A stretch of 64,000 bases of DNA from assembly GCF_006345805.1 (NCBI RefSeq), contig NC_042998.1:100378001-100442000 (forward strand), written 5' to 3'. The translations under genes and the position numbers were made by a program. Shown in pieces: positions 1 to 11,890 of this stretch. This DNA comes from Octopus sinensis. Lineage: Eukaryota. Each line of letters opens with the position of its first letter. Within the stretch, counting starts at the first letter, position 1. A model generated the notes under the pieces. It did not search any database. It saw only the letters and a program-made list of their open reading frames with translations, and had not been told where the DNA came from.

Positions 1-199
1 AGCCTTTATATTAAAGCTAAGTCCTATTCATTAGAGTTCATTTCTTTCTTGCATTTTTTGTTTTGTAACTCACACAAAAAAGAAAACTCCAGAAGTTAGC
101 AATGATCAAAAACTGAATGGATACACGATAGCAGTGTTATGAATACAGAGTTTATATTGAACAAACTATACCCTCTAGTAGCACAACAAGACCAAAGAC

Positions 200-1620
200 T
201 TCAAAAATTCATGCAGAATTCCTGAGGCAAAAGTCTTCCAGGGTAGTGTGCTGTGCTGATCTTCATTTACAACTGGAATATCCCTCAGAAGAATGTCACT
301 TATGCTTGCTAAAATTAAAAAAAAAACCTTTATAAAATGAATGAGTTGATTTTCCACTGGCAATATTATCCAACTAACGTGCATTGCCTGACAACATTCC
401 AGATGCAGGAGCAGTCAACCTTGATCTACATTTAACCCAAGACTTCATAGAGTCAGAGACAAACTGTAGAAAAATGTGCCTGGCAAGAGATGAATAAGCC
501 TGTTTACCATATAGGAACATCTGCAGGTGTCAAAACCTCAGCACATCATCAGCCACTACATCTTGTGCCTTCAACATAGAGAATGTTGGCAGATGATGGA
601 CATTCTAACCAATGGAACCAGTTCCTTACACAAGAAGTGAAAGAATGAAACTGGTCACCTTGTTCAAAACTCATCTCAGTTTATATTCACCTGTAATCAA
701 GCAGACCATTGCTCCAGCAATAGAAGTTGTCTAATTGCTGAGCTGCAAATCCACTGATTTGCCAAAGTTTACTGCCAATACAGTAACAAACATGTAAACA
801 TAGAGCTCATAAGGCAGACTATCCAACACAGCATTTGGTATCTCTCAAAACCAGAGTGCTTTTCTCGTAGCTGCTGTTATGACAAATTGTTGAAGTAGGC
901 TCTAAAGTCTATATTTAGCACTAGTTCCCTCAAACACCTGCGTAAAGTGTCTCTGAAAAACCACCCACATCTGTTGAGAATATGTGTATTATATCCATCA
1001 AAAACTAAATTGTAATCTTGTTGCCACATCATGCCTCTGCCATCTGGGCTCATGAAATAGCTTTCTATCCCTTATATGCAGGAACATGAACCTTAGCTCA
1101 AATTATACAAATTTTGGTGCTTTGAATCAAGAAATAGTCCGGCATTGTTTTCAGTGGTAGTACGTTCTATATGAAGTATTTTTTATTCACCTATTGTTTA
1201 AAACTACCTACTAACTCTCCTTCCAATCTATTTGTTTTCTATTATGTCCTTTCCAAACCATAATAGCTCTAATCTTGTTCCATGACGAGAGACTAACTAT
1301 AAAGTGACACTAGATGTTGCTGATGATTTACAAATGTCAACTCCTAACTTGTACATGAATCAGATCGCTAAAAGTTTTCAATACAAAAACAAAAACAAAA
1401 AAAAAGACACATCCAGCTTCCAGTAAATTGTCTTTCATCTTATCTAATTTGATATTGAACTTCCCAAACTTATGGTCTATGGTAACCAACTATCCAAAAC
1501 TGCAAATACCATGCTATCCCTGTTCACAGATCAAACAAAAACTCCAAAAATACAAACTAGGTAATTCAGTTTTGACTCTGGGAAATCGAGAAGATACCTT
1601 TCAAAGAGTTGGGATTGCCT
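200..1620 (+). pseudogene. Decayed hAT-superfamily (SPIN/Buster/GTF2IRD2-like) transposase relic
   Basis: Manual translation across stops and frameshifts gives LPDNIPDAGAVNLDLHLTQDFIE...CLARDE (cf. ISDLAANLDLQLK...SLALDES, first catalytic D), WQMMDILTNGTSSL (cf. W..L.GITTDGAPSM, second D) and NLWSMVTNYPKL-ANTMLSLF (cf. hAT dimerisation FW...YP.LA..A..LS.F). The motifs occur in the expected order. Confidence 0.55.
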
Positions 1621-2224
1621 AAGTAGCTTTGCAGGGCTGTTAGTTCCTTCCTTTTTTTACCACAGCTATTCCCATACAATCCTAGCATGTGTCTAAGATG
1701 TCATTCCAGTTGCCCACTAAAATTAAAGCATAGGATATATACATTATAATGCTTGTAGGTGCTTGAAGATATCTAGCTACCAGCCCTAGTTGGGGAATAA
1801 ACTGCCACTAGTCTCAAAGTTATTCATTTCCAGGACTTCTGACTTGAATGAATAAGACCTTGTAATCACTATGATGATGATGATATGATATCATTTACTA
1901 GCCCACAAGATATACATATACAAAAAAAGATAAAATAATGAACAAAACATGTGAAGTTGCACAAACGTCAAATGTTACTTGGAACCTAACCATTAAAAAT
2001 GTGCAAAACATTCTGCTGTTTCAACTTTACCATTATACCAAAGTAGAAGTCACTAAGGTTTTCTTTTAAAGATATTAATGAAACAAAATAGTTTTATGGA
2101 GGAGAAATGACATTGCATGAAGTTCACACATTTCTCTATGGACATCAGTGACAGAAGTCAAATGGCTATAATTAAATTAATGAAGTCGTATCAAACAGAA
2201 CAATAAGAGGCATGTAAACAATTG

Positions 2225-2277
<53 letters not shown>

Positions 2278-3183
2278 GGACTTAGTTTCACTGCCCACTC
2301 CTACATAACTTGTACACAAATAGCAAACACCATCATTTAACCACAGGTCAATCCTTAGTGATCAAAGGCATTCCAGCAACGAAACACCTGCTCTTTTTTT
2401 GAGAAATGTCTCACATCTAGGACTATATTTATTCATCGAATGTATCCTTTCTTTTCTTCTAAGACAGTAGGGTGTGACTTGAGAAAGATTTAGCTCTCTT
2501 CTAACAGCTTGAGCATCATTGAGGCTCCTTCATTTCCTCGAAACATCAAACAGGCAACAGTTTTCTTGATGTATACTAAGCAAGATGCTTTCTTCCAAAC
2601 TGTTCTAAGTCTGAAAGCCATTTTAGTTAGAAATTCTAATTCTATTGAGCCTAAATCATAAACCATCGTCAATTATAAGATGTGAGTGAGATATTCTAAT
2701 TTTGTTGATAAAGCAGCTCTGTAGAATAATATCTGATAAACATCTCACCTATACCAACATGGAAGGTGGATGTTAAACAATGATGATGATATCATATATT
2801 TTCCAATATTTCTTGTCTGACTGGAAGATGAATGATTTAGTGTCTGTTCTAATAGATATAATGCAAAAGTTAAAACAAAGCCTTCATCAAAATTTAAGAG
2901 AGGCCTTGTCTAAATCTAATACCATTTTAATGAGTTAATCTTAAACACATTTCCTATACAGTTAATAACAATGCCTTATTCCTCTAATTTATTTGCACTA
3001 CAATATTAAGAACTATCAAATGCATTGAATCCATTTATCATTTATCAAAAACTGAGAACAGGTTTTCCTTTATATATTTCAGAGAAATATTTAATTTTTG
3101 CTGCTAACAGAAAAGTAAAATGGCGATACAATGTTGAAATTTATTATAATTGATAGTCTAATAACGATGAAAATCATACTTTC

Positions 3184-3231
<48 letters not shown>
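3184..3231. repeat. (AAT)n microsatellite, tail of the adjacent minus-strand SINE
   Basis: About 16 AAT units seen directly, abutting the SINE 3' end. Confidence 0.9.
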
Positions 3232-3232
<1 letters not shown>

Positions 3233-3677
3233 CCTTTCTGCTATTGGCACAAAGCCTGAAATTTGGAGGCGTGGGATAGTTAATTACATCAACCCCAGTA
3301 CTCAAATGGTACTTAATTTATCAACCCTAAAAAGATGAAAGGCAAAGTCGACCTTGGCAGAATTTGAACTCAGAACGTAGCAACAGATGAAATACCACTA
3401 AGCATTTCACCCAGTGTGCTAACGATTCTGCCAGCTTGCGGCCTTAATAATAATAATAATTATTATTTCAAATTTTTGCTACAAGGGCAGCTTGGGGGAG
3501 GTGAGGATGAGTCGATTACATCGACTCCAGTATTCAACTGGTACTTATTTTATCGACCCCAAAAGGATGAAAGGCAAAGTCAACCTTGGTGGAATTTGAA
3601 CTTGGAATGTAGTGGCAGATGAAATACCACAAATCATTTCATCTGACATGCTACCAATTCTGGTAGCTTGCCACCTT
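3232..3677 (-). mobile_element. Two head-to-tail copies of a tRNA-derived SINE (group A; central domain GTCGACTTTGCCTTTCATCCTTTCGGGGTCGATAAA, Meta-domain-like)
   Basis: Each copy reads ggc.g..agctggcagaatcgttagc...gagttcaaatt.c.cc.aggt.gactttgcctttcatc on the minus strand, with Pol III A-box and B-box-like motifs. Many homologues occur elsewhere in the window. Confidence 0.85.
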
Positions 3678-3755
3678 AATAATAATAACAACAATAATAA
3701 TAATAATAATAATAACAATAACAATAATAATGATAATGATAATAATAATAATAAT

Positions 3756-4175
3756 ATAGTCGTCAGATATAGTTGTCAGAGATCATGAAGAAAAAAAATG
3801 CTTTCTAATTGATGTATCAATACCAGCAGATGACAACGTGTCTCTAAAAGAAATGGAGAAACTCTCAAAATACAAAGACCTGGAAATAGAGGTAACTAGA
3901 ATGTGGAATCAGAAAACAGAAACAATTCCTATCATAGTAGGTGCATTAGGCATGATAAAAAAATATTCAGACAAATACATAACAAAAACACCAGGACTTA
4001 CAAACACATATAACATACAGAAAATTGCACTACTAGGCACTGCACACATCCTACGCAGAACACTTTCCATACAATAACCATCAGAGCATCACAACAAATC
4101 ACAGCACATACCCAAGGCACACAGAGCTGCGCTCGGTAGTGAAGTGAAAGCACGCTATAAAAATAAAACTACTGA
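3756..4175 (+). mobile_element. 5'-truncated Dong/R4-clade non-LTR retrotransposon: C-terminal restriction-like endonuclease domain plus 3' UTR
   Basis: Open frame DIVVRDHEEKKCFLIDVSIPADDNVSLKEMEKLSKYKDLEIEVTRMWNQKTETIPIIVGALG...ALLGTAHILRRTLSIQ* matches the (P)D..D...K RLE signature of R4/Dong elements. It is flanked on both sides by (TAA)n. Confidence 0.88.
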
Positions 4176-5077
4176 ATAATAATAATAATAATAATAATAA
4201 GTCACTGATGCATTTTATAGCTAATAAAGAAAATGTATAGCTTATGATACAGTTTGTACAAGCATGATAACTAATATTTTCAGGCACATACATAAACAGC
4301 ATCTTCAAAGGTACTTTCTTTGATGTATAAAAACATTACAGTACATGATTATGAATGCAATGAAAATGCTGCTTGTATGGTCTAAAAATCTATTGATTAA
4401 AAATTACATCCCAGTATAAATTTAATAATGAGCCTGCAGTAAATTCATTTAAAACATAATCTTGTGTGCTTTTGCTACCAATAACCATTGGACAAGTAAA
4501 GAAATGAAAACTTAAATTTCTGCATACCAGTTCTCTCCTACTAATTAAAATATCTTCACTAATGAGAGAGGAGAGGGGGGATATGCGGGCACAGGCATGA
4601 GCAGTTTGTTAATCAATTTGACAAAGACTGCAGGCATTGGAGGCTGTTAGGCTTAATGAATTTCCTTGACTTGCTTGTTTTTAGATTTTAAAAAACACCT
4701 CTAGTGGGAGTTTCTGCCAGTTAATTGCCTTAATAATCTCAGTTGATCAAAGTTTTACAGTTCACTCTATTACATATGTGAGGCTTTGCTGTATGTGTAT
4801 TTAATATGCAGAATACTCCCCTGAGGTATTTTCCCTTAGCCATATTGTTAATGGACTTCCTAAGGGTTTAATTCCTTTGTTTTAATTTGATTGACTCAAT
4901 TTTTTTTGACATTTTTATTTCAACCTAAAATCAAAGAAAAATAAATTCAGAGGCCAAACTCTCAATATGGGGAAACGGCCAGTGCTGACAATTACAGTAG
5001 TTAGATGCAGAGTATCCATTAGAGAGGATAACAACTAACAAGAAGCAACAAGAGTAGAAACAGTGCAGTTTATTTAT

Positions 5078-5307
5078 TTAACCCTTTTGTTACCATATTT
5101 CTGTTGAGATGCTCTGTGTTTCTTTCAATTAATTTTAAATATAACAAAGAATTTAGTAAAATAACTTAGTTAACATTAAGCTAGTGTTAGGAACATAAAT
5201 TGTGACTAAGGTTTACTGGAAGATTTTAATTCAAAACTTATGAAAACAAGACATTTGTATTATAGAACCAGAGGCAATTTCAGGCAAGTTGGTATCAAAA
5301 GGGTTAA
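5078..5307. mobile_element. piggyBac-type MITE, family 1 (TTAA target duplication)
   Basis: TTAA-CCCTTTTG...CAAAAGGG-TTAA termini. It is the reverse complement of the copies at 13768 and 38803. Confidence 0.85.
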
Positions 5308-5379
5308 AGAGAAAAACAATGCAGACCCTGCTGAGCCAACTATTATGAATATGGTTATTTTTAATATTATCACTAATAT

Positions 5380-5730
5380 TTCAGGTGGAAAGCTGGCAAA
5401 ATCATTAGCACACTGGATATATCTTCCAGACTTATGTTCTAAGTTCAAATTCTGCTGAGGTTGAATTTGCTTTTCATATATCAGGGTCTATAAATAAGTA
5501 CCACTTGAACAATGGGATTGAAGTAAACAGCTAACCTGCTACCCTTAAAATTGCTGGCCTTGTGCCAGAATTAGAAACCATTATTGATATTTCTGAAAGG
5601 GGGTGGATTAGCAGAATTGGAAAATTTGCTTTGCAATATTTGTTTTAGCTTTTTATCTTCCAAGTTCAAACCCATTAAAGTCAACTTTGTCTTTCATCCC
5701 TCTGGGGTTAAGATAAAATCTGCCACAGGC
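5380..5730 (+). mobile_element. Two tandem decayed group-A SINE copies
   Basis: agctggcaaaatcattagc...aagttcaaattc...ttagaaaccattatt followed by a second head with the gtcaactttgtctttcatccc core. Confidence 0.7.
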
Positions 5731-5955
5731 TGTGTAGTTTGTTTTTATCTTTTACTTGTTCCAGTCATTGGACTGCAGCCATGCCGGATCACTGCTTCAA
5801 AGGGTGCAGTCAAACGAATTAATCTCAGTACTTACTTTTTAAAGTCTGATATATATTCTAACTGCTAAGTTATGGGGACATAAACCAACCAACACCAGCA
5901 GTTAAGTAATAAGTGGGGAGGGTTAAATACAGAAAGAAACAAATGTATACACACA

Positions 5956-5986
<31 letters not shown>

Positions 5987-7338
5987 CACAAAGGGTTATA
6001 GTTAAAGACACTTAGTAAGGTGTTGTACAGAGGGAATAACCCACTTTTTTTTGGGGGGGGGGTAAAGATTTGGAAGCTGAAGCATTGGAAACCTCAGTAC
6101 AAACCTTATTAACCATTGTGTTATGACCCCTGAACACCAAACAAAGTATATAGCTGTTTGCCAGACCTATAATAGGTTCCACAGGTTCCATTCATACTTC
6201 CTGGTTAGTGGAAGAAAGTGGCAAAATTAGTGGCAAAATTAAATTATTGTAAAATAACCCCTGCCCTACCTCGGCACATACAAACACGAGTAAAGGGATC
6301 TAAAATGGTGTTGATAAAAAACATTTACTTTAAATCCATAAGCTCTTTCAGGAACCACATTCTATGAGTTTATAAGGTCACATTTTACTTGCATTTTATC
6401 ATATTTTTTTTATGAATTATTTATTATTTTGTAGCCAAATATTGTATATTTTGTAGCCAAATATTGTATCTCAAGCAAATGAACTTGAAAATCAAAACAG
6501 CAAAGGGAGTAATAAAAAAAAAAATGTCAAGTTGAAAATGAAAACAAACATATACTATTAGTGTGTGTGTGTGTGTGTGTGTGTGTATGCTGGTGTGTAT
6601 AACAAAAAAAAATTTCAGTAATTTTTGCAAATTACAAAAATATTTTGTTTTCATTTTTTTTTTATCTCTATCTCAACTATTACTGATGGTTTTCTTAATG
6701 TGCTTTTCTTTATTAAACCATCTTTATTATCATTATTATATCCTTCCATTTGAAACTGAATTTATATATCTGAATAATTAAATTAATGACTTTCAGTAAA
6801 AGTCTCCATAAAGTTGTACTGATGACAAACTTTTACACCATGTGAAACGCAACAAGATTCATACCAACTATGTTGTTGCAAGAAGCATAATCAAATTTTT
6901 CTCTCATACATAACCAAATATGTATAGAATTAGAAAAAAAAAGAGAGAAATAAAAGAAACCAAGCAAAAAATTCCAATTCCCAACACCAGACAGTTGTTT
7001 TGAATAGTAGCCTGAATGAACATTGGAAACAATAATAACTATACAGTATATGAGGAGAGGATTGAAAAATAATATAGAAACAAGAAGAGGCTAGTTTGTA
7101 CAGGGAAATGATTCCAAACATGAATATCAATAAAATATCATAGTTACCCATACAAGATATGTTAATAGCTCTATAATAACAACACTAAAATATCAAGAGT
7201 CAGATTTTAGAACAGCAGTAAAGATTACTTTACTACTAATGTACATTGAAAAACCTTTTTCTTCACTTCAATTGAAAATATCACACACACACATACACTA
7301 TGTATGTGAGTGTGTGAATGTGTGTGTGTGTATGTGTG

Positions 7339-7370
<32 letters not shown>

Positions 7371-7385
7371 ATATATATATATATA

Positions 7386-7428
<43 letters not shown>

Positions 7429-7892
7429 ATACAAACATATTCTGTTAGTACAGAAAAGTAGATAAAAAAAAAACAACAAAGGTAATAAACTGTGTGTGCG
7501 CGCGCATGCATGTGCGTGTGCATGCATGGGTGTGTGTATGCATTTGTTTGTTGGTTTGTTTCCATTGGTAACACCGTGGTTTCAAAGGTGATTGGTCACT
7601 AGATTTAACTTCAGTGGACCTATATGGAGCTATGTGATCCAATGTAAGTCCAGTCTGTGACCGGGCATTTGAGGGAAAAGTGGCTTGTATAGTTTTGAGG
7701 TGTTGTGATCCATCATAGATAATCCATCTCCACTTGCAATGCTCACGTGTGTACTTCCTATGTGACTGTGTTATGTGAATGTGTTCAATGAGTGAGCATG
7801 TGTCAGTTCAGCACACATGGGTTATATTAGCATACACATCATGTTAGCATGCATGTGTGTTGTTGGGTTATAATGTGTGCATAGGGTTAGAG

Positions 7893-8116
7893 CAGTGGTC
7901 CTCAACTGGAGTTCATGTAAAATTTTGCTGTTAAAATTTATCTGTAATAGACTTGATACTTCTACAATACACAAATATTTTAATTTTTTAATACAGTTCC
8001 TAAGAATACTTAATTTTAAAAATATGTGAATTTTTTAAACATCGAATGACTAAGATCCATCCGAGTAAAATAGAAATTGAAGGGGTCCACCTGTAAAAAA
8101 TGGTTGAGAAACACTG
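7893..8116. mobile_element. hAT (Charlie/Buster-type) MITE
   Basis: TIRs CAGTGGTCCTCAAC and GTTGAGAAACACTG. Flanking 8-mers ggttagag and ggttagaa match at 7 of 8 positions and have the central TA typical of Buster-family target duplications. Confidence 0.8.
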
Positions 8117-9274
8117 GGTTAGAAGGTAGGGGTTAGGTTAGAGGAGTGTATATGTTAGTTCAATGTGTATGTGTTAGTTTAGTATGTGTGCAAGGTAAGT
8201 TTATACATCATTAGAAAGTCCTCATTAACAACATTTTGTTTCACACCCATCCTTTCATAATTTGTGGTTCAAGTTCCATAGCCTTTCAATCATTTTCCCT
8301 CCAGGAGATATTTCATTCACTTATATTACAAAACTATAATACTTACCAAGATCATGTGTAAGCATTTCATTATCACTGATTACCCTTGATGTATATTAAA
8401 AAAAAAAATCTAAATGAATGAAGACATCCCCAGTGCGTGCATGTGTGTGTTAAAGCACATATAATGTTGACCTGACTGTAGTATATTTTTTGATATTGTT
8501 GTTGTTAGGGTTGCAGAAGAGGTGACATTTATGTGACAAGTAGTTCAGTTGTCACTCAAGTGCAATGCTTTCAACATCAACTGATTTATATAAGGCAACA
8601 TTAAAACTGGATGGAATAACAGTGTGTGAGCAGTCACACTAAGATATACATATATATATATATATACAACACAACAGAAACTAATTACTATTGGCAGTTT
8701 ATCAAGGGGAGAGGGAGGAGAAAAGATGAAAAAAAGGGGAACAAAGCTATTAACTTTGACACATCTCTCAACAGAACAAATACTGTTGAACAGACAGAAT
8801 GACACAAACAAGCAGGAAGACAGAGAAACAAACATACAAGCAGAGAGAGCCAAAGCCCAGTCACTGAGAGGGGGAAAGAGAGAGAGAGAGAGAGAGAACA
8901 CAGATAGAAACAAAATAATTTATCTTTACTGAAAAATGAATGGTGTAGAAATCAAAAATAAATGTAAAAATTCAAATAATTATAAGCCCAACTCCAAGAA
9001 AATAGAAAAAAAAGATTTAAAAGAAAATTCTTTTAAATCTTACTATTTTTTTATAGCAAAACTAAATGAAGATTCTACCCTTAAGATATAGGTTTCTTTC
9101 TTTTGCCATTAATTAGTTTGATTTCAAATAGATTGTCATTTCATTTTAACGACCTAATTATTTTATTTATTACTTATTTTTTTTCCTTAAAGGTTTCAAT
9201 CTAATTTAATGTATGCTATAACTTTGCATGACATAGCAAGTCAGCTCAACAAGTAAGTGTCAAGCAAAGGCGCA

Positions 9275-9535
9275 GAACCAACCAAATCTTGGCAAAAGCA
9301 AGTTGGCCAAATCAGTTCTTGGTATAAGCAAGTTGGCCAAATCAGCTTTTGGCAAAAACAAGTTGGCCAAGCCAGCTGCTATGAATAAATATATAGTCAG
9401 CTAAGCCAACTCCTAGCAATACCAAGTTGACCAAGCCAGTCCTTAGCATAGATAAGTTGACCAACCTAGCTAGCTGCTGGCAATACTAGCTGGGCCAAGC
9501 TCCAAGTAAACACTGGTCAAACCAGCTCCTAGCCA
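9275..9535. repeat. Degenerate 30-bp tandem array (about 8-9 units)
   Basis: Unit CAAGTTGGCCAAATCAGYTYTTGGYAWAAR starts at 9299, 9329 and 9359, with variants at about 9393, 9423, 9453, 9486 and 9512. Confidence 0.85.
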
Positions 9536-9829
9536 TAATATAATATGTGCATATAATAATATGTGCATAGTTAAGAAATTTGATTCCCAAATACATGGCT
9601 TCAGCTCAAGTCCCACTGCATGGCACCTTGGTAAAGTGATTCCTACTATAGCCCTGGATCAACCAAAACCTTGTGAGTGGATTTGGAAGACAGAAACTGA
9701 AAGAAACCCATCATGCATAAATAAATATAAGTGATCAGACTGACACCAAAGATACTTGTGTTGGTCTGCATCAGCAAAACTTGTATCATTTAGTAAAATC
9801 AATAAAAAGAGTAAAGTGAATTTGTAGTG

Positions 9830-10125
9830 GGGAATGGAAAACCAAACATTTCAGACAGTCCTTTCTGAAGGAACAGTTGATTGGAGGGGAATTAATAAGA
9901 GGTGCCTCATGACAGTTGTAATTCACTGTCATACAAGCAGTGTCATTCATTTCCAATCTTCTGTGACAGCTGATCTCAACGTGTCCAGTAGGAAATATTA
10001 CCTTGCTTGGAAACCAGTGAGGGTTGGTGACAGGAAAGGCATTTGGCCATAAAAAACCTAACATAATAAATTCTGACCCGTGCAAGCATGGAAAAGTGGA
10101 CATTAGTGTGACGATGGTGAAGATG
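9830..10125 (+). mobile_element. RTE-tail SINE-like element (group C), decayed
   Basis: gagggttggtgacaggaaaggcatttggccataaaa...gcaagcatggaaaagtggacatt followed by a (GAT)n-like tail. It is homologous to copies at 31.8, 53.7 and 60.6 kb. Confidence 0.7.
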
Positions 10126-10869
10126 ATTATAATAAAGTTTACATAAAAAATTGTAGCAAAAGCAAATTCTCATATTGGCAGTGATTGAATGTTCAATTAA
10201 AACTACACTAATTAAACATGTAACCATAAGAGTGAGAGAGAAAAAATTAAAACTATGAAACATCTATAAATGAAATAAGGTAAGACACTCATATTAAAAC
10301 CGATTGACCTATTAATTTCTTGAGTTTCTTAAATTTATGAACACTGTAATTAGTATTTTCATATTCCATTCATCTTCATCAGGTGCCATGTATTACACAC
10401 ACACACACATACAAGATTCATTCTTGGTAACGAATGAACACAGAGACTTTTATTATAAATAATTACCCAATAATACTTGAGTGTTCTTTAGAACACAGCA
10501 CTGCTTTTCTGACCCAGTGAAAATGAAAGTAAGAAAGCAAGAAAAAAAAAAGATCAGAGACAATTGTTGAGAGAATAAGGGTTTGGTCTACTGGCAACTT
10601 GATCAGGAGTTCAAACCTTACTAAAGTATGTCTCTCATGCCCTGAATGATATGCATTACTTTGCTGGCTTTAGTTTACTGGACAACCAACAGATTCCACT
10701 CCTACGTCACACTTAAATGGTTAACAGCAGGACAGCCTGTAAAAATTATTGCCATCAGAAAAAAAGAACCAAAAAATATGACACACTTGATGACATTGGA
10801 AAGGCTACATTGATTAAAATGCAGCATAAAACAATATCGCTGAAAACAAAATTGTCAGATTATCGTTAT

Positions 10870-11890
10870 TATTGAAGATGGCATGCTGGCAGATTTGTCA
10901 GCATGTCAGACAAAATGCTTAGCAACATTTTTTCTGGTTTTACAACCTGAGTTCATATGTTGCCAAACTTGACTTTACTTTCATTCATTCAGGGTTGATA
11001 AAATAGGTACCAGTTGAGCACTGGGGAAAGGGGGAGGGGACCCCAGACAAATATTTCAGGCCTAGTGCCTACAATAAAAATAATCATTACTTGAAAGTGA
11101 TGAGCTAGCAAAAGCATTAGAATAATACTTTGTGTTATTTGTTCTGGCTCTTTACAATCCGAGTTCAAATTCCACTGAAATCAACTTTGCCTTTCATCCC
11201 TCTAGGATCAATAAAATAAAGTACTGGGGTTGGTGATATCAACTAACCAACTCACCTCAAAATTGCTCACCTTTTACCTAAATTAGAAACCAAAGATGGT
11301 GAGCTGACAGAATCATTAGAACATTCTTTACTCTTTTACTTGTTTCAGTCATTTGACTGTGGCCATGCTGGAGCACTGCCTTTAGTCGAGCAAATTGACC
11401 CCAGGACTTATTCTTTGTAAGCCTAGTACTTATTCTATCATTCTATTTTGCTGAACTGCTAAGTTACGGGGACGTAAACATACTAGCATCAGTTGTCAAG
11501 TGATGTTGGAGGGGACAAACACAGACACATATATACACGACAGGCTTCTTTCAGTTTCTGTGTACCAAATCCACTCACAAGGCTTTGGTCAGCTTGAAGC
11601 TATAGAAGACACTTGCCCAAGGTGCCATGCAGTGGGACTGAACCCGGAACCATGTAAGCAAGCTACTTACCACACAGCCACTCCTGCACCATGGACAAAA
11701 TACTTTGCAGTCATTTCTTCCTACACATTACATTTTGAATTCAAATCCCATCAAAGTCAACTTTGCCTTCCATTCCCCACAGGATCAATAAATTAATTAA
11801 AGTATGAGTCAAGTACTGGGGTCAATGGTATTTACTAACTCTCCCTCTGTGTAAAACTGCTAGACTTGTGCCTAAATCAGAAATCATTGC
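10870..11890 (+). mobile_element. Cluster of three tandem group-A SINEs; the third is split by an inverted group-B SINE
   Basis: Heads at about 10878, 11097 and 11296. The third head (gagctgacagaatcattagaaca) stops at about 11322 and resumes at about 11692 (tggacaaaat...gaattcaaatccc...gtcaactttgccttcc). Confidence 0.75.
11324..11690 (-). mobile_element. Full-length tRNA-derived SINE (group B; CORE-like GGCACCTTGGGCAAGTG segment, internal microsatellite)
   Basis: The minus strand reads ggtgcaggagtggctgtgtggtaagtagcttgc...ggttcagtcccactgcatggcaccttgggcaagtgtcttc...aaatgactgaaacaagtaaaagag, nearly identical to 52048-52442. Confidence 0.9.

Noticed and set aside
175-384. 69-aa minus-strand ORF as a gene
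   Set aside because: It lies antisense to the decayed hAT relic, has no splice signals and no recognisable motif.
6425-6468. 22-bp perfect tandem duplication
   Set aside because: It is a simple slippage duplication in AT-rich DNA with no associated structure.
7281-7642. ORFs with HTHTH, YIYIY, CVCVC, ERERE or LSLSL runs (here and at 6.5, 16.8, 19.1, 38.4, 59.3, 60.0 and 63.7 kb)
   Set aside because: They are translations of stop-free microsatellites.
8347-8409. Minus-strand exon with GTAAGT donor
   Set aside because: All three frames contain stops.
9275-9535. 30-bp array or the 68-bp units at 60.3 kb as CRISPR arrays
   Set aside because: There are no unique spacers, the units are contiguous and degenerate, there are no cas genes and the context is eukaryotic.
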